A stretch of DNA of 64,000 bases from an uncultured Candidatus Rokubacteria bacterium (lineage in GTDB: Bacteria; Methylomirabilota; Methylomirabilia; Rokubacteriales; CSP1-6), in contig CAVWWD010000006.1 in the NCBI GenBank assembly GCA_963758635.1, positions 352,001 through 416,000 of the forward strand, in the 5' to 3' direction. Positions 10,777 to 20,587 of this stretch are shown here, piece by piece (position 1 is the first letter of the stretch; each line of letters opens with the position of its first letter). The notes beneath the pieces are model-generated. The model was given only the letters and a program-made list of their open reading frames with translations. It searched no databases and had not been told where the DNA came from. Position numbers and translations under genes: made by a program.

Positions 10777-12312
10777 CTATCGCACGGCGTGCGGCAGCCA
10801 GAGGGCGATCTGCGGGAAGAGCAGCAGCAAGGCGAGGACGATGACCTGGATCACCATGTAGTCGGCCATGCCCTTGAAGATGATGCTCAGGTTCCATTCC
10901 GGCACCACGTTGCGCAGGTAGTAGGCCGACATGGCGACGGGGGGCTCGAAGTAGGCCGTCTGCATGTTGACGGCGGTCAGGGCGCCGACCCAGATCAGCA
11001 GGTCCAGCTTGCTCAGGCCGAACTGGAGCTTCTCGATCACCGGCATGACGATCGGCAGGAAGACCAGGATGATCACGGGCCACTCGAACGGCCATCCCAG
11101 GATGAAGAAGATCGCCATGATGAGGGTCAGCTTCCAGAAGTCTCCCATGGGGAGCCCGAGCAGCGACTGCGTGATCACGTTCGCCGAGCCGAGCTTGGTG
11201 AAGACGGCGCCGAACACGTTGGACGCCATGGCCAGGAACACGACCATCGCCACCGTGACCATCGTGCCCATGGCCGCGTTGGTGGCCGCCTTGAGGTCGA
11301 GCCGGCCGTAGACCAGGGCGAGCAGGGTGGCGCCGAACGCGCCGCACGACGCGGCCTCGGTGGGCGTCGCGAGCCCGCCCACGATGGTCCCGAGCGTGAA
11401 CCCGATCAGCGCGGCCAGCGGCGCGATGCCCAGCACGATGGCGCGGAAGTAGGGGCTGCGGACGTAGGGATACGCCGTGGCCATCGCCGGCACGAGCGCC
11501 GCGCCCGACACGGCCAGCGGACCGACGCCGACGGCGAGCGCCGGCACGCCCAGCCGGCCGAAGGCCGCGTCCGCCACGAAATAGACCATCACCATCAAGC
11601 AGACGAGGCCCAGCCCCACCACGGGAGCGCCGACCCGTTCCGTCGTCATGGCGTCGTAGGCGGCCTTGCGCTCGTCCATGGTCATGGCGGGCCCGAGCGC
11701 CGGGTTGATGAAGCTGCGGACCAGCGTGTAGATGATGTAGCTGCCGGCGAGCAGGAAGCCGGGACCGAACGATGCCGAGTAGAGCAGGTTGACGGGCACG
11801 CCCATGACCGGGCCCATCACGACCAGCATGATGCTGGGCGGAATCAGGATGCCGAGCGTGCCGCCGGCGGCGATCGCGCCCGCCGACAGGCGCGCGTCAT
11901 AGCGGCTCTTGAGCATCATCGGGGCGGCCATGATGCCCAGCACCGTCACCGCCGCGCCGACGATGCCGGTGGCCATGGCGAAGATGGTGGCGGTCAGGAT
12001 CACCGCCAGGTAGAGAGCGCCGCGCACCGGGGCGAGCAGGCTCCGGAGCGCTCCGAACAGCCGCTCCATGAGCCCGGCCTGCTCGGTCATGAAGCCCATG
12101 AAGATGAAGAGCGGCACGGCAGGAAAGATCTCGTCCTTCATCGTGCCCCAGATCTGGAGATAGGCGAGGTTGAACGTCTGCTCCCAGCCCAGTCCGAAGC
12201 CGCCGACGATGAGGGCGAGAAACAGCAGCGTGAAGGAGATCGGGAACCCGATGAAGATGATCCCGACCATGCTGACGAGCATCACGAATCCGAGGGTCTC
12301 GGCGCCGGTCAT
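10777..12312 (-). CDS. dctM: TRAP transporter large permease DctM
   Basis: GTLGILIPPS, GLATPTEAA, NMQTAYFEPP; start MTGAETLG. Confidence 0.92.
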   Translation of the reverse strand: MTGAETLGFVMLVSMVGIIFIGFPISFTLLFLALIVGGFGLGWEQTFNLAYLQIWGTMKDEIFPAVPLFIFMGFMTEQAGLMERLFGALRSLLAPVRGALYLAVILTATIFAMATGIVGAAVTVLGIMAAPMMLKSRYDARLSAGAIAAGGTLGILIPPSIMLVVMGPVMGVPVNLLYSASFGPGFLLAGSYIIYTLVRSFINPALGPAMTMDERKAAYDAMTTERVGAPVVGLGLVCLMVMVYFVADAAFGRLGVPALAVGVGPLAVSGAALVPAMATAYPYVRSPYFRAIVLGIAPLAALIGFTLGTIVGGLATPTEAASCGAFGATLLALVYGRLDLKAATNAAMGTMVTVAMVVFLAMASNVFGAVFTKLGSANVITQSLLGLPMGDFWKLTLIMAIFFILGWPFEWPVIILVFLPIVMPVIEKLQFGLSKLDLLIWVGALTAVNMQTAYFEPPVAMSAYYLRNVVPEWNLSIIFKGMADYMVIQVIVLALLLLFPQIALWLPHAVR

Positions 12313-12317
12313 GTCCC

Positions 12318-12917
12318 TCAGACCTCGATCTTCTCGTGCTTGACCAAGAACTCGCCGACGCGCCACGCCCAGAGGCTCTTCATGAGCTCGGAGATGGCCT
12401 GCAGGAACAGCATGAAGGCGGTCAGCGGAATGACTCCGCGCAGCGGCCACAGGATCGGCGTCCAGGCGCCGGAGCTGGAGCGCTCGTCGATCGAGAACGC
12501 GTGGAAGAAGTCGTCGATCGAGATGAAGAACAGCACCGCCATGGTCGGCAGGAAGCACAGCAGGAGGGCCAGGCTGTCGATCATGCCCTTCGTCCGGTCC
12601 GAGAACTTCTCCCACAGCATGTCGGTGCGCACGTGGGCGCCCTTGAGCAGCGCCAGCGCCGACCCCAGCATGAAGAGGGTCCCGTAGGACATGGTCGTGA
12701 CGTCGAGGGCCCAGATGGTCGGAGACTTGAGCACGTAGCGGGCGAAGACTTCGACGACATTGGCGAAGACCAGCGGAATGATCACGAGCACGAACAGGTA
12801 GCCGGTCACCTCGGTGAACTTGTCGATCGTGCGAATGACGGCCAGGTAGCCGCGGGAGGGCAGGCGCTTGGGGGCGGAGGGGCCGGTCATCGCGGTCGCA
12901 ATGCTCTTTCCGGACAC
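12318..12917 (-). CDS. dctQ: TRAP transporter small permease DctQ
   Basis: EVFARYVLKSPTIWA, HVRTD; four TM segments. Confidence 0.9.
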   Translation of the reverse strand: MSGKSIATAMTGPSAPKRLPSRGYLAVIRTIDKFTEVTGYLFVLVIIPLVFANVVEVFARYVLKSPTIWALDVTTMSYGTLFMLGSALALLKGAHVRTDMLWEKFSDRTKGMIDSLALLLCFLPTMAVLFFISIDDFFHAFSIDERSSSGAWTPILWPLRGVIPLTAFMLFLQAISELMKSLWAWRVGEFLVKHEKIEV

Positions 12918-12987
12918 ATCAGGGGCGATCCATCGAGCCCCCGCGCGTGCCCCGCCAGGAACGGCGGTGAGGCGTGCACAGCCCTAG

Positions 12988-13065
12988 TGACCCTCGCAGA
13001 GTACGGGAACGCCACGGGCCTCTACAGTCCCGCCGCTCGGGCATTGGTCTGATGCGCGAGGCTCA
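12988..13065. repeat. Repeat family A copy 3
   Basis: TGACCCTCGCAGAGTACGG...GGTCTGATGCGCGAGGCTCA, flanked by CTAG and CCAG. Confidence 0.88.
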
Positions 13066-13144
13066 CCAGTCGGCTGCCGAAGCGTCGCGGCATTCTACGT
13101 GGGGGTCCCCCTCCTTGTCCATCCATGGCGCGCCGCCGTGCCCG

Positions 13145-14554
13145 TCACTCCAGGCGCGGACGCTGGCGCGACCAGGGGCGGGCTTCCTCGAAGGCGGCGG
13201 CGGCCTGGAGGACGGTGAGGTCGGCGAAGCGGCGACCCACGATCTGAAGGCCGACGGGCAAGCCCGCCGCGGTGAAGCCGGCGGGCACCGAGGCCGCGGG
13301 CTGGCCCGTGAAGTTGAACGGGTAGCTGAACGAGGCCCACGGGATCCAGTCCCAGACGTGCTGGGGCCAGTGCTCGGGGTTCAAGCGGCCGACGGGGAAC
13401 GCGGCGACGGAGAGCGACGGCGTGAGCAGCAGCGAGTAGGTCTCGAAGAGCGGGCGCACGGAGTCCCACAGCGCGATCTTCCTGGCCTTCATCTGGATGT
13501 AGCCCTCGAGCGTCACGCGATACCCGTCCTCGATGCAGGCCACGAGGCCGGGGTCCATGCGGTCGCGCCACTGCCCGAGGTACGGGCCGTAGTTGCCGGC
13601 CTCGTGGGCGGACCAGAGGCAGCGGATCATCTCGTGCGTGTCGGCGAAGCCGGGCTTCACCTCCTCCACGACGGCGCCCAGGTCGCCGAAGACGCGCGCG
13701 GCCCGCGCCGCGATCTCCGCCACCTCGGGGTCGACCCGCAGGCCGTCCATGTCGGGGCTCCACGCCACCCGCATGCCCGAGAGCGACGTCCGGAGGCGGC
13801 CCACGTAGTCCGCGGGCGCGCCCTCCAGCGACGTGCGGTCGCGCTCGTCCGGGCCCGCCATCACCGACAGCATCAGCGCCGCGTCCGCCACCGTCCGGGT
13901 CATGGGGCCGTTGTGGGTGGTCTGGTCGTTGTTGGACACCGGCCACTGCGGCACCCGTCCATACGACGGCTTGAGGCCGAACACGCCGCAGAACGCCGAG
14001 GGAATCCGGATGGAGCCCGCGCCGTCCGAGCCCTGGTGCAAGGGCCCGAGCCCGGCGGCGGCCGCCGCCCCCGCGCCCGCGCTCGACCCGCCGGTCGTCA
14101 TCGCCGGGTTCCACGGGTTCCGCGTGACGCCGGTCACCGGGCTGTCGCCGATCCCCTTCCAGCCGAACTCCGGCGTGGTGGTCTTGCCAAGGAAGATCCC
14201 GCCCGCGGCGGCCAGGCGCGGCACGAAGGCGGCGTCCGCGTCGGGCACCCGGTCGGCGAAGATGAGCGAGCCGCCCATCGTGCGCACCCCGCGCGTGAAC
14301 GTGAGGTCCTTGAGGGAGTACGGGATGCCGTGGATCGGCCCGAGCGGACGCCCCGCCATCACGTCGGCCTCCGCCGCGCGCGCCTGGGCCATGGCGGCCT
14401 CCGCGGTGAGCGTGCAGAAGGCGTTCACCCGCGGGTTGAGCCGCTCGATGCGCTCGAGCACCGCGCGCGTCAGCTCGACGGGCGAGAGCGACCGCGCGCG
14501 GATCATGGCGGCGAGCTCGGTGGCCGGCGTGTAGCAGAGATCGGTGGCGTCCAT
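13145..14554 (-). CDS. Amidase signature family protein
   Basis: SLKD, GGSSAG, GSDGAGSIRIPS. Confidence 0.93.
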   Translation of the reverse strand: MDATDLCYTPATELAAMIRARSLSPVELTRAVLERIERLNPRVNAFCTLTAEAAMAQARAAEADVMAGRPLGPIHGIPYSLKDLTFTRGVRTMGGSLIFADRVPDADAAFVPRLAAAGGIFLGKTTTPEFGWKGIGDSPVTGVTRNPWNPAMTTGGSSAGAGAAAAAGLGPLHQGSDGAGSIRIPSAFCGVFGLKPSYGRVPQWPVSNNDQTTHNGPMTRTVADAALMLSVMAGPDERDRTSLEGAPADYVGRLRTSLSGMRVAWSPDMDGLRVDPEVAEIAARAARVFGDLGAVVEEVKPGFADTHEMIRCLWSAHEAGNYGPYLGQWRDRMDPGLVACIEDGYRVTLEGYIQMKARKIALWDSVRPLFETYSLLLTPSLSVAAFPVGRLNPEHWPQHVWDWIPWASFSYPFNFTGQPAASVPAGFTAAGLPVGLQIVGRRFADLTVLQAAAAFEEARPWSRQRPRLE

Positions 14555-14571
14555 GTCGTCCCTCCGGTCAC

Positions 14572-14661
14572 GTTGTGAAGACATGCGGATCTTGACGTCG
14601 GCGAGCGGGCCAACACCGCGATTCTGCGTACACGCGGAGTGCGTCTCCCATTCATGAATCC
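14572..14661. repeat. Repeat family B copy 2
   Basis: GTTGTGAAGACATGCGGATCTTGACGTCGGCGAGCGGGCCAACACCGCGATTCTGCGTAC...CATTCATGAATCC. Confidence 0.85.
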
Positions 14662-14669
14662 GGTAGGGG

Positions 14670-15926
14670 TCAGGGGCTCGGGGCCGGAGCGGCGGGCGTC
14701 CGCACGTGCTCGGGGCGGACGCCCATGCCGACCAGCCGGCCCGGGATGCGGCGAAGGATGGCGCAGCGGCCGAGCAGACGCAACGCGCGCGGCGGCGTGA
14801 CGGGCCCGCGGCTCGCCAGCGTGCGGGAGATCACCGCGCGCTGCATGAAGAGCTGCAGGCGCTGGGTCACGCGCGTCGGCCACTCGCGGCGCCGCTGCAC
14901 GCGCTCGAGGTCCTCCGGGGCGAGCCGGCCCTCCCGGAGCGGCCCGGCCAGGAGGTTGGCCGCGGCCACCGCGTCCTGGATGGCGAGGTTGATGCCGACG
15001 CCGCCCACCGGCGACATGGCGTGCGCGGCGTCGCCGATGCAGAGGAGCCCGGGCCGGCTCCATCGCGTCAGCCGGTCCACGCGCACGGTCAGGAGCTTCA
15101 CGTCGTCCCAGCTCGCGATCTCCGCCCCGACGCGGTCGGCGGCGAACGGCGCCAGCTCGACGACGCTGTCGCGGAAGGCGTCGAGGCCGCGGCCGCGGAT
15201 CTCATCGAGCGTGCCCTTGGGGATCACGTAGCCGCACTGCCAGTGCTCGCCGCGGTTCAGGAGGACGAAGATCCGCCCCACGTCGAACCGGCCCATGCTG
15301 GCGACGGGATCGTCGGCGCGCCGCGACAGGCGGAACCACAGCACGTCCATGGGCGCGCCGAACTCCTCCACGGGCAGGCCGGCCCGCGCGCGCAGCACCG
15401 AGGACCGGCCGTCGGCGGCCACCACGAGGTCGGCGCGCACCTCGAGCTCTCCCTCCGGCGTCCGGGCTCGCACCCCGACGACGCGGCCCGACGCCTCGAC
15501 GAGGTCGGTCGCCTCCGCGCGCATGCGCAGGGAGAAGCCGGGGAACCGGCGGGCGCGCTCGGCGAGGAAGTTCAGGAAGTCCCACTGCGGCATGAACGCG
15601 ATGAACCGGGCGCGCGTGGGCAGGCGCGAGAAGTCGGCGATCGGGATCATGAGCGCTCCGACCTGCGCGACGAGCTGCGGCACCTTCTGGTGGGGCAGGG
15701 CGAGGAACTCCTCGAGCAGGCCGAGCTCGTGCATGACCTCGAGCGTGGACGGGTGGATGGTGTCCCCGCGGAAGTCCCGGAGGAAGTCCGCGTGCTTCTC
15801 CAGCACCTCCACGCGGACGCCCGCGCGCGCGAGGAGGAGCCCCAGCATCATCCCCGCGGGGCCGCCGCCAGCGATGCAGCACGCCACGCGCGCGCCGGGC
15901 TCTCGCCCCTCGACGGCGGCCGTCAC
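14670..15926 (-). CDS. FAD-dependent oxidoreductase (UbiH/aromatic monooxygenase-like)
   Basis: GGGPAG, ADGRSS, GDAAHAMSPVGGVGINLAIQDA. Confidence 0.9.
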   Translation of the reverse strand: MTAAVEGREPGARVACCIAGGGPAGMMLGLLLARAGVRVEVLEKHADFLRDFRGDTIHPSTLEVMHELGLLEEFLALPHQKVPQLVAQVGALMIPIADFSRLPTRARFIAFMPQWDFLNFLAERARRFPGFSLRMRAEATDLVEASGRVVGVRARTPEGELEVRADLVVAADGRSSVLRARAGLPVEEFGAPMDVLWFRLSRRADDPVASMGRFDVGRIFVLLNRGEHWQCGYVIPKGTLDEIRGRGLDAFRDSVVELAPFAADRVGAEIASWDDVKLLTVRVDRLTRWSRPGLLCIGDAAHAMSPVGGVGINLAIQDAVAAANLLAGPLREGRLAPEDLERVQRRREWPTRVTQRLQLFMQRAVISRTLASRGPVTPPRALRLLGRCAILRRIPGRLVGMGVRPEHVRTPAAPAPSP

Positions 15927-15945
15927 CGGATGCCCGCGGCCGCGG

Positions 15946-16599
15946 TCAGGCGCCGGATCCGAGGCGGCTCGCCACGTAGTCGCCGATCCGGTTGAAGTCC
16001 CGCGGCTGCAGGTTCACGAACATCAGCACCGCGTCGTCGCCGTTCATCTCCCACACCACGCTGGGGACGACGAGCGGCGGCCGCCCGGCCTCGAGGGGCA
16101 GGCGGAAGTCGAGGCGCTCGCCGGGGCCGAGCGGCAGCGACGAACGGATGCGCGCGCCGAACGCCGACAGGTCGCGGGTCTCGGCGGCGACGGGGCCCTC
16201 GCGCGGACGCCGCACCTCCACGGGGAGCGCGATGCGGAGCCGGGGCGCGCGCCGCCGCGCCTCCCCCGTTCGCAGGTGATTCGTCAGCCAGCGGGCGGCC
16301 GACTCGGGCAAGGAGGCGAACGTGAAGGCGACGCCGTCCAGCCCGGCGCGCACGACGGTGCCGTGGATGCGTAGGAGCTCGACGTGTCCGTCCACGTCGG
16401 GGAACGACAGCGTGAGCGTGCCGCCGAGGCCAGGCGTGATCGTCGCGGGCGCGCGCCCCTCGTCGGGACGCAGGCGCGCGCTCACCACCGACAGGTCGAC
16501 GATCCGGCCGTCGAGTGTGACCCCCGGCGTCTCGAAGCGGGCGGACCAGTCGGCCCGGATCCGCTCGCTGCCCCGCCGGTCCTGGCGATCCGCGCTCAT
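15946..16599 (-). CDS. Tandem PilZ domain protein
   Basis: Two RxxxR motifs (RRGSER, RRRAPR), each followed by a DLS motif. Confidence 0.75.
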   Translation of the reverse strand: MSADRQDRRGSERIRADWSARFETPGVTLDGRIVDLSVVSARLRPDEGRAPATITPGLGGTLTLSFPDVDGHVELLRIHGTVVRAGLDGVAFTFASLPESAARWLTNHLRTGEARRRAPRLRIALPVEVRRPREGPVAAETRDLSAFGARIRSSLPLGPGERLDFRLPLEAGRPPLVVPSVVWEMNGDDAVLMFVNLQPRDFNRIGDYVASRLGSGA

Positions 16600-16697
16600 C
16601 CCGCCTCCGTCCTCCGTGGCCCGCCCACCCTTGACCGTCTCCGCCCCGGAGCATACGATCCCCGGAAGCGAATCCGGTCGGATCGGGCCCAGGGAAG

Positions 16698-17510
16698 ATG
16701 GCGGGCCGGTCGAGGAACGCCTTGAGTCTGCCAGAACCCGCTCACCCGACGCCAGTGTCTGCCTCGACGCCTGCGGGCGGCGGCGCTCCCGCTCGCCCGG
16801 ACGCGCCGCTCCGGATCCTCCTCGCCGAGGACTCCGAGGACAACCGTCTCCTCGTCCGGTCGATCCTGCGCGATCACGTCCTGGACGAGGCCGCGGACGG
16901 CGAGAGCGCGGTGGGGAAATTCACGAGCGGGCGCTACGACATCGTCCTGATGGACGTGCAGATGCCAGTGCTCGACGGCTACGCGGCCACCGAGGCGATG
17001 CGGGCGTGGGAGCGCGCGCAGGGGCGGCCACCCACCCCGATCCTCGCCTTCACCGCTCACGCCCTGCCCGACGAGATCCAGCGGAGCTTCGACGCGGGCT
17101 GCAACGACCACCTGACGAAGCCCATCCGCCGGGCCGCGCTCCTCGCCGCGATCGATCGGCACGTGCCTGGCCGCGCCGCGTCCGCCGGCCCGCCCGCGGG
17201 CCGGGCGGTGCGCCTCATCCTGGACGAGGCGCTCCGCGACCTCGCGCCCGGGTACCTGGACAACCGGCGGCGCGATCTCGCGCCCCTGGCCGCGGCGCTC
17301 GCCTCCGGCGACTGGGAGACGCTCCGCGTGCGCGGCCACAACATGAAGGGCACGGGCGCCGGCTACGGCTTCGACGCCATCACCGCGATCGGCGCCGCCC
17401 TCGAGGCCGCGGCCCGGGACCGGGACGGCGCGCGGGCACGCGAGCAGGTGGACGCGCTCGGCCGCTTCCTGGGATCGGTCGTGCTCGAGTTCCGGCCGGG
17501 AGCGGCCTGA
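16698..17510 (+). CDS. Response regulator with C-terminal Hpt domain
   Basis: ILLAED, LMDVQMPVLDG, LTKP; GHNMKGTGAGYG Hpt motif. Confidence 0.88.
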   Translation: MAGRSRNALSLPEPAHPTPVSASTPAGGGAPARPDAPLRILLAEDSEDNRLLVRSILRDHVLDEAADGESAVGKFTSGRYDIVLMDVQMPVLDGYAATEAMRAWERAQGRPPTPILAFTAHALPDEIQRSFDAGCNDHLTKPIRRAALLAAIDRHVPGRAASAGPPAGRAVRLILDEALRDLAPGYLDNRRRDLAPLAAALASGDWETLRVRGHNMKGTGAGYGFDAITAIGAALEAAARDRDGARAREQVDALGRFLGSVVLEFRPGAA

Positions 17511-17514
17511 CCCC

Positions 17515-18828
17515 ATGCGCGTGCGCTTCTGGGGCACCCGCGGCTCGATCGCCTCGCCCGGCCCGAACACCGTGCGCTTCGGCGGCAACACCTCGTGCGT
17601 GGAGGTGACGACGAACTCCGGCGTGCGCTTCGTGCTGGACTGCGGGACCGGGGCGCGGCTGCTCGGCAACGAGCTCATGGCGCGCGCGCCCAAGCCGCTC
17701 CGGCTCACGCTCCTGCTGAGTCACACGCACTGGGACCACATCCAGGGCTTCCCGTTCTTCGCGCCCATCTTCTCGCCGGCCACCCGCATCGACATCTACG
17801 GGCCCAAGGGGACGGGCCGCTCGCTGCCCCAGGTGATGGCCGGGCAGATGGAGTACACGTACTTCCCGGTGGAGCTCGGGCAGATCCCCGCCCAGCTCAC
17901 CTACTTCGATCTCGAGGAGGGCAGCCACGGGATCGCCGACGCGCGGGTGGTCACCCAGTACCTGAACCACCCGAGCACCGCGCTCGCGTACCGCATCGAG
18001 GCCGACGGCGTCGCGCTCGTGTACGCGTGCGACCACGAGCCCTACTCGGGCACGCTCTGGCGCGGGGACTCCGCCCCCGGCTCCATCCACTCGATCCTCC
18101 ACGCGGGCGATCGCCGCCATGCCCAGCTCATGGCCGGCGCCGACCTCGTGATCCACGACGCGCAGTACACGTCCGAGGAGTACCCGACCCGGAAGAACTG
18201 GGGGCACAGCACCGTCGAGTACGTGGTGGAGCTGGCCGCGGCCGCGGGATGCCGGCGCGTGGCCCTCACCCATCACGACCCCGCCCGCGACGACACCGCC
18301 GTGGCCGCCCTCGAGCTCGCGGGCCGCGAGGTGGCCGACGCGCGCGGCTCGTCCATCGAGGTGTTCTGCGCCTACGAGGGCTGCGTGCTCGACCTCGCGC
18401 CCAGCGACACGCCCGCCGCGGCGAAGGTGAGCACGGCGACGGCCCGCCACGGCGGCTCGCGCATCCTGATCGTGGACGACGACCCGGACCTGCGCGTGCT
18501 CGCCCGGCGGGCGCTCGACAAGGACGGCCACAGCATCCGCGAGGCCGCCGACGGCCACGAGGCGCTCGCCTCCATGTCGGAGTGGAAGCCCGACCTCCTC
18601 GTTCTCGACCTGGTGATGCCCGGGATGGACGGGCTCGAGGTGCTGCGCCGGCTGCGCGCCGACGCGGACACCGTGGCGCTGCCCGTGCTGGTCCTCACCG
18701 CGCACGGCGACGAGACGAGCACCCGCATCGGCTTCGACGTGGGCGCCACCGACTACCTGACCAAGCCGTTCTCGATGCCGCAGCTCGCCGCGCGCGTGCG
18801 CGCCTGCCTCGCCCGCACCGCGGGCTGA
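17515..18828 (+). CDS. MBL-fold metallohydrolase fused to C-terminal receiver domain
   Basis: FWGTRGS, HTHWDH, WGHS; C-terminal ILIVDD..DLVMPGMDG..LTKP. Confidence 0.9.
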   Translation: MRVRFWGTRGSIASPGPNTVRFGGNTSCVEVTTNSGVRFVLDCGTGARLLGNELMARAPKPLRLTLLLSHTHWDHIQGFPFFAPIFSPATRIDIYGPKGTGRSLPQVMAGQMEYTYFPVELGQIPAQLTYFDLEEGSHGIADARVVTQYLNHPSTALAYRIEADGVALVYACDHEPYSGTLWRGDSAPGSIHSILHAGDRRHAQLMAGADLVIHDAQYTSEEYPTRKNWGHSTVEYVVELAAAAGCRRVALTHHDPARDDTAVAALELAGREVADARGSSIEVFCAYEGCVLDLAPSDTPAAAKVSTATARHGGSRILIVDDDPDLRVLARRALDKDGHSIREAADGHEALASMSEWKPDLLVLDLVMPGMDGLEVLRRLRADADTVALPVLVLTAHGDETSTRIGFDVGATDYLTKPFSMPQLAARVRACLARTAG

Positions 18829-18962
18829 GACGGCGACGCGCTCCGGATGCTCGGGCCCGCCTGAGCCGCGCTCGATGCCCCGGGGCCCGGCGTTCGTCGG
18901 GACCGGAGCCTCGTGCCGTACACTGGTTGCCTGGTCGAACAGCCTGCCCAGGAGGCCATGCC

Positions 18963-19868
18963 ATGACCGTCCGCTTCGATCCCGGCGCGCCCTACGATGT
19001 GGAGGAGACCAACGTCACCTACGCGCGGCCACGAGGCCAGGACCTGCTCGCCCGCGTCTACCGGCCGCGCGGCGAGGCGACCGACCCGCTGGCCGCCATC
19101 GTCGACGTGCACGGCGGGGCGTGGGCCCGCGGGGATCACACGACCGGGGCGGTCCACTGTCGCGCCCTCGCCGCCTCGGGTCTCGTGGTGGTCTCGCTGG
19201 GCTTCCGCCAGGCCCCCGAGCATCAGTACCCCGCGGCCAACGCCGACGTGGCGGCGGGCGTCCGCTGGACCCGCGCCCACGCCGGGCGTCTCGACGTGGA
19301 CGCGCGCCGCATCGCGCTCCTCGGCAGCTCCAGCGGCGGTCAGGTGGCCCTGGCGGTGGGGCTCCGGCCCGGCTCGCCCGAGCATTCCGGCACCCCGCAG
19401 ATCCAGCCCGACGGCGCGCCGGGCCTCGCCCACGGGCAGGACACGGTGGCGTGCATCCTCGCCCTGTATCCCGTGGCCGATCCGCTGGCGCGCTACCGCT
19501 ACGCCCTCGGCCGCGAGCACGAGCCGCCCCCACCCTCGGGATTCGACGCCAAGCGTCTGATCGCCTCGCATCGCGCGTACTTCGCGGACGAGGCGGCGAT
19601 GGCCGCGGCGAGCGCCACGCGCATCGTCGCCGAGGGCCGCGCGGCGGCGATGCCGCCGGTGTGGCTCGCGCAGCCCCAGCTGGACGACAACGTGCCCGCG
19701 GAGATCACCGAGGCCTTCCTCGACACCTATCGGCGCGCGGGCGGACGCATCGAGCGCGCGTGCTTCCCGGGGGCGCGGCACGGGTTCATCCAGCAGGCCG
19801 GGCCCGACGCGGACAAGTGCATCACGCTGATGCGCGACTTCATCGGCCGCCAGCTCTTCGGCCGCTGA
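18963..19868 (+). CDS. Alpha/beta hydrolase (HSL/esterase family)
   Basis: HGGAW, GSSSGG nucleophile elbow, HGF; GGAGG RBS. Confidence 0.88.
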   Translation: MTVRFDPGAPYDVEETNVTYARPRGQDLLARVYRPRGEATDPLAAIVDVHGGAWARGDHTTGAVHCRALAASGLVVVSLGFRQAPEHQYPAANADVAAGVRWTRAHAGRLDVDARRIALLGSSSGGQVALAVGLRPGSPEHSGTPQIQPDGAPGLAHGQDTVACILALYPVADPLARYRYALGREHEPPPPSGFDAKRLIASHRAYFADEAAMAAASATRIVAEGRAAAMPPVWLAQPQLDDNVPAEITEAFLDTYRRAGGRIERACFPGARHGFIQQAGPDADKCITLMRDFIGRQLFGR

Positions 19869-19884
19869 GCCGCCGGGCGGGCAG

Positions 19885-20117
19885 CCCAGCGCAGGTTGAG
19901 CCGCAGCAGACGGCGCGCGTTGCCCTCGTAGATCTTCGCCTTGTCCTCGGCGCTCGCCCGCATCCGCTCCATCGCGGCGATGGTGTCGCGGATGAACCCG
20001 GGCCCGTGCTCGGGATCGAAGGGGAAGTCGGTGCCGAACAACACGTGGTCGGCGCCAAAGAAGGCGAGCCCCGACTCCATGGCGTGCCACGCCCCGAACA
20101 GCGCGGTGTCGCCGTAC
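19885..20117 (-). pseudogene. C-terminal fragment of an amidohydrolase_2 protein
   Basis: YGDTALFG..GADHVLFGTDFPFD..IYEGNARRLL with no N-terminal part. Confidence 0.7.
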
Positions 20118-20178
20118 GCCCAGGAAGAGGACCAGCGCCACGAGCGCGGCGGCGGCGGCGATCACGGAAGCGCGGGGC

Positions 20179-20556
20179 TCAGTCGCGGACGAGGCGGTTC
20201 AGGAGCCAGCTCACCACGGACACGATGAGCGCGCCCAGCAGGGCGGCGCGGAAGCCGTGCACGCGGAAGTCGAGCTCCATGCCCTCGGCGATCCAGCTCG
20301 TCACGAGCAGCATCAGCGCGTTCAGCACGAAGATGAACAGGCCGAGGGTCAGCACGGTCAGCGGCAGGGTGAGGAAGAACAGCACGGGCCGGATGATGGC
20401 GTTGACGAGGCCGAAGATCAGCGCCACGAGGATGAGCGTGATCCACGCCCGCTGGCTCACCTGCCCGTGCGCGGCCGCCAGCTCGATGCCCGGCACGACC
20501 CACGCCGCGACGAACAGGGCGAGGGCGTTGATCAGGAGCCTCAGCAGGAGCGACAT
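20179..20556 (-). CDS. 4-TMS holin-like membrane protein (YvlD/DUF360)
   Basis: FGLVNAIIRPVL..LTLPLTVLTLGLF..NALML. Confidence 0.85.
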   Translation of the reverse strand: MSLLLRLLINALALFVAAWVVPGIELAAAHGQVSQRAWITLILVALIFGLVNAIIRPVLFFLTLPLTVLTLGLFIFVLNALMLLVTSWIAEGMELDFRVHGFRAALLGALIVSVVSWLLNRLVRD

Positions 20557-20587
20557 GGCCGATCCTCGCGCCCGCCGGGCGGGCGTG

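Noticed and set aside
20179..20556. Holin-like gene as evidence of a prophage
   Set aside because: YvlD/DUF360 proteins are common chromosomal membrane proteins; no phage genes nearby
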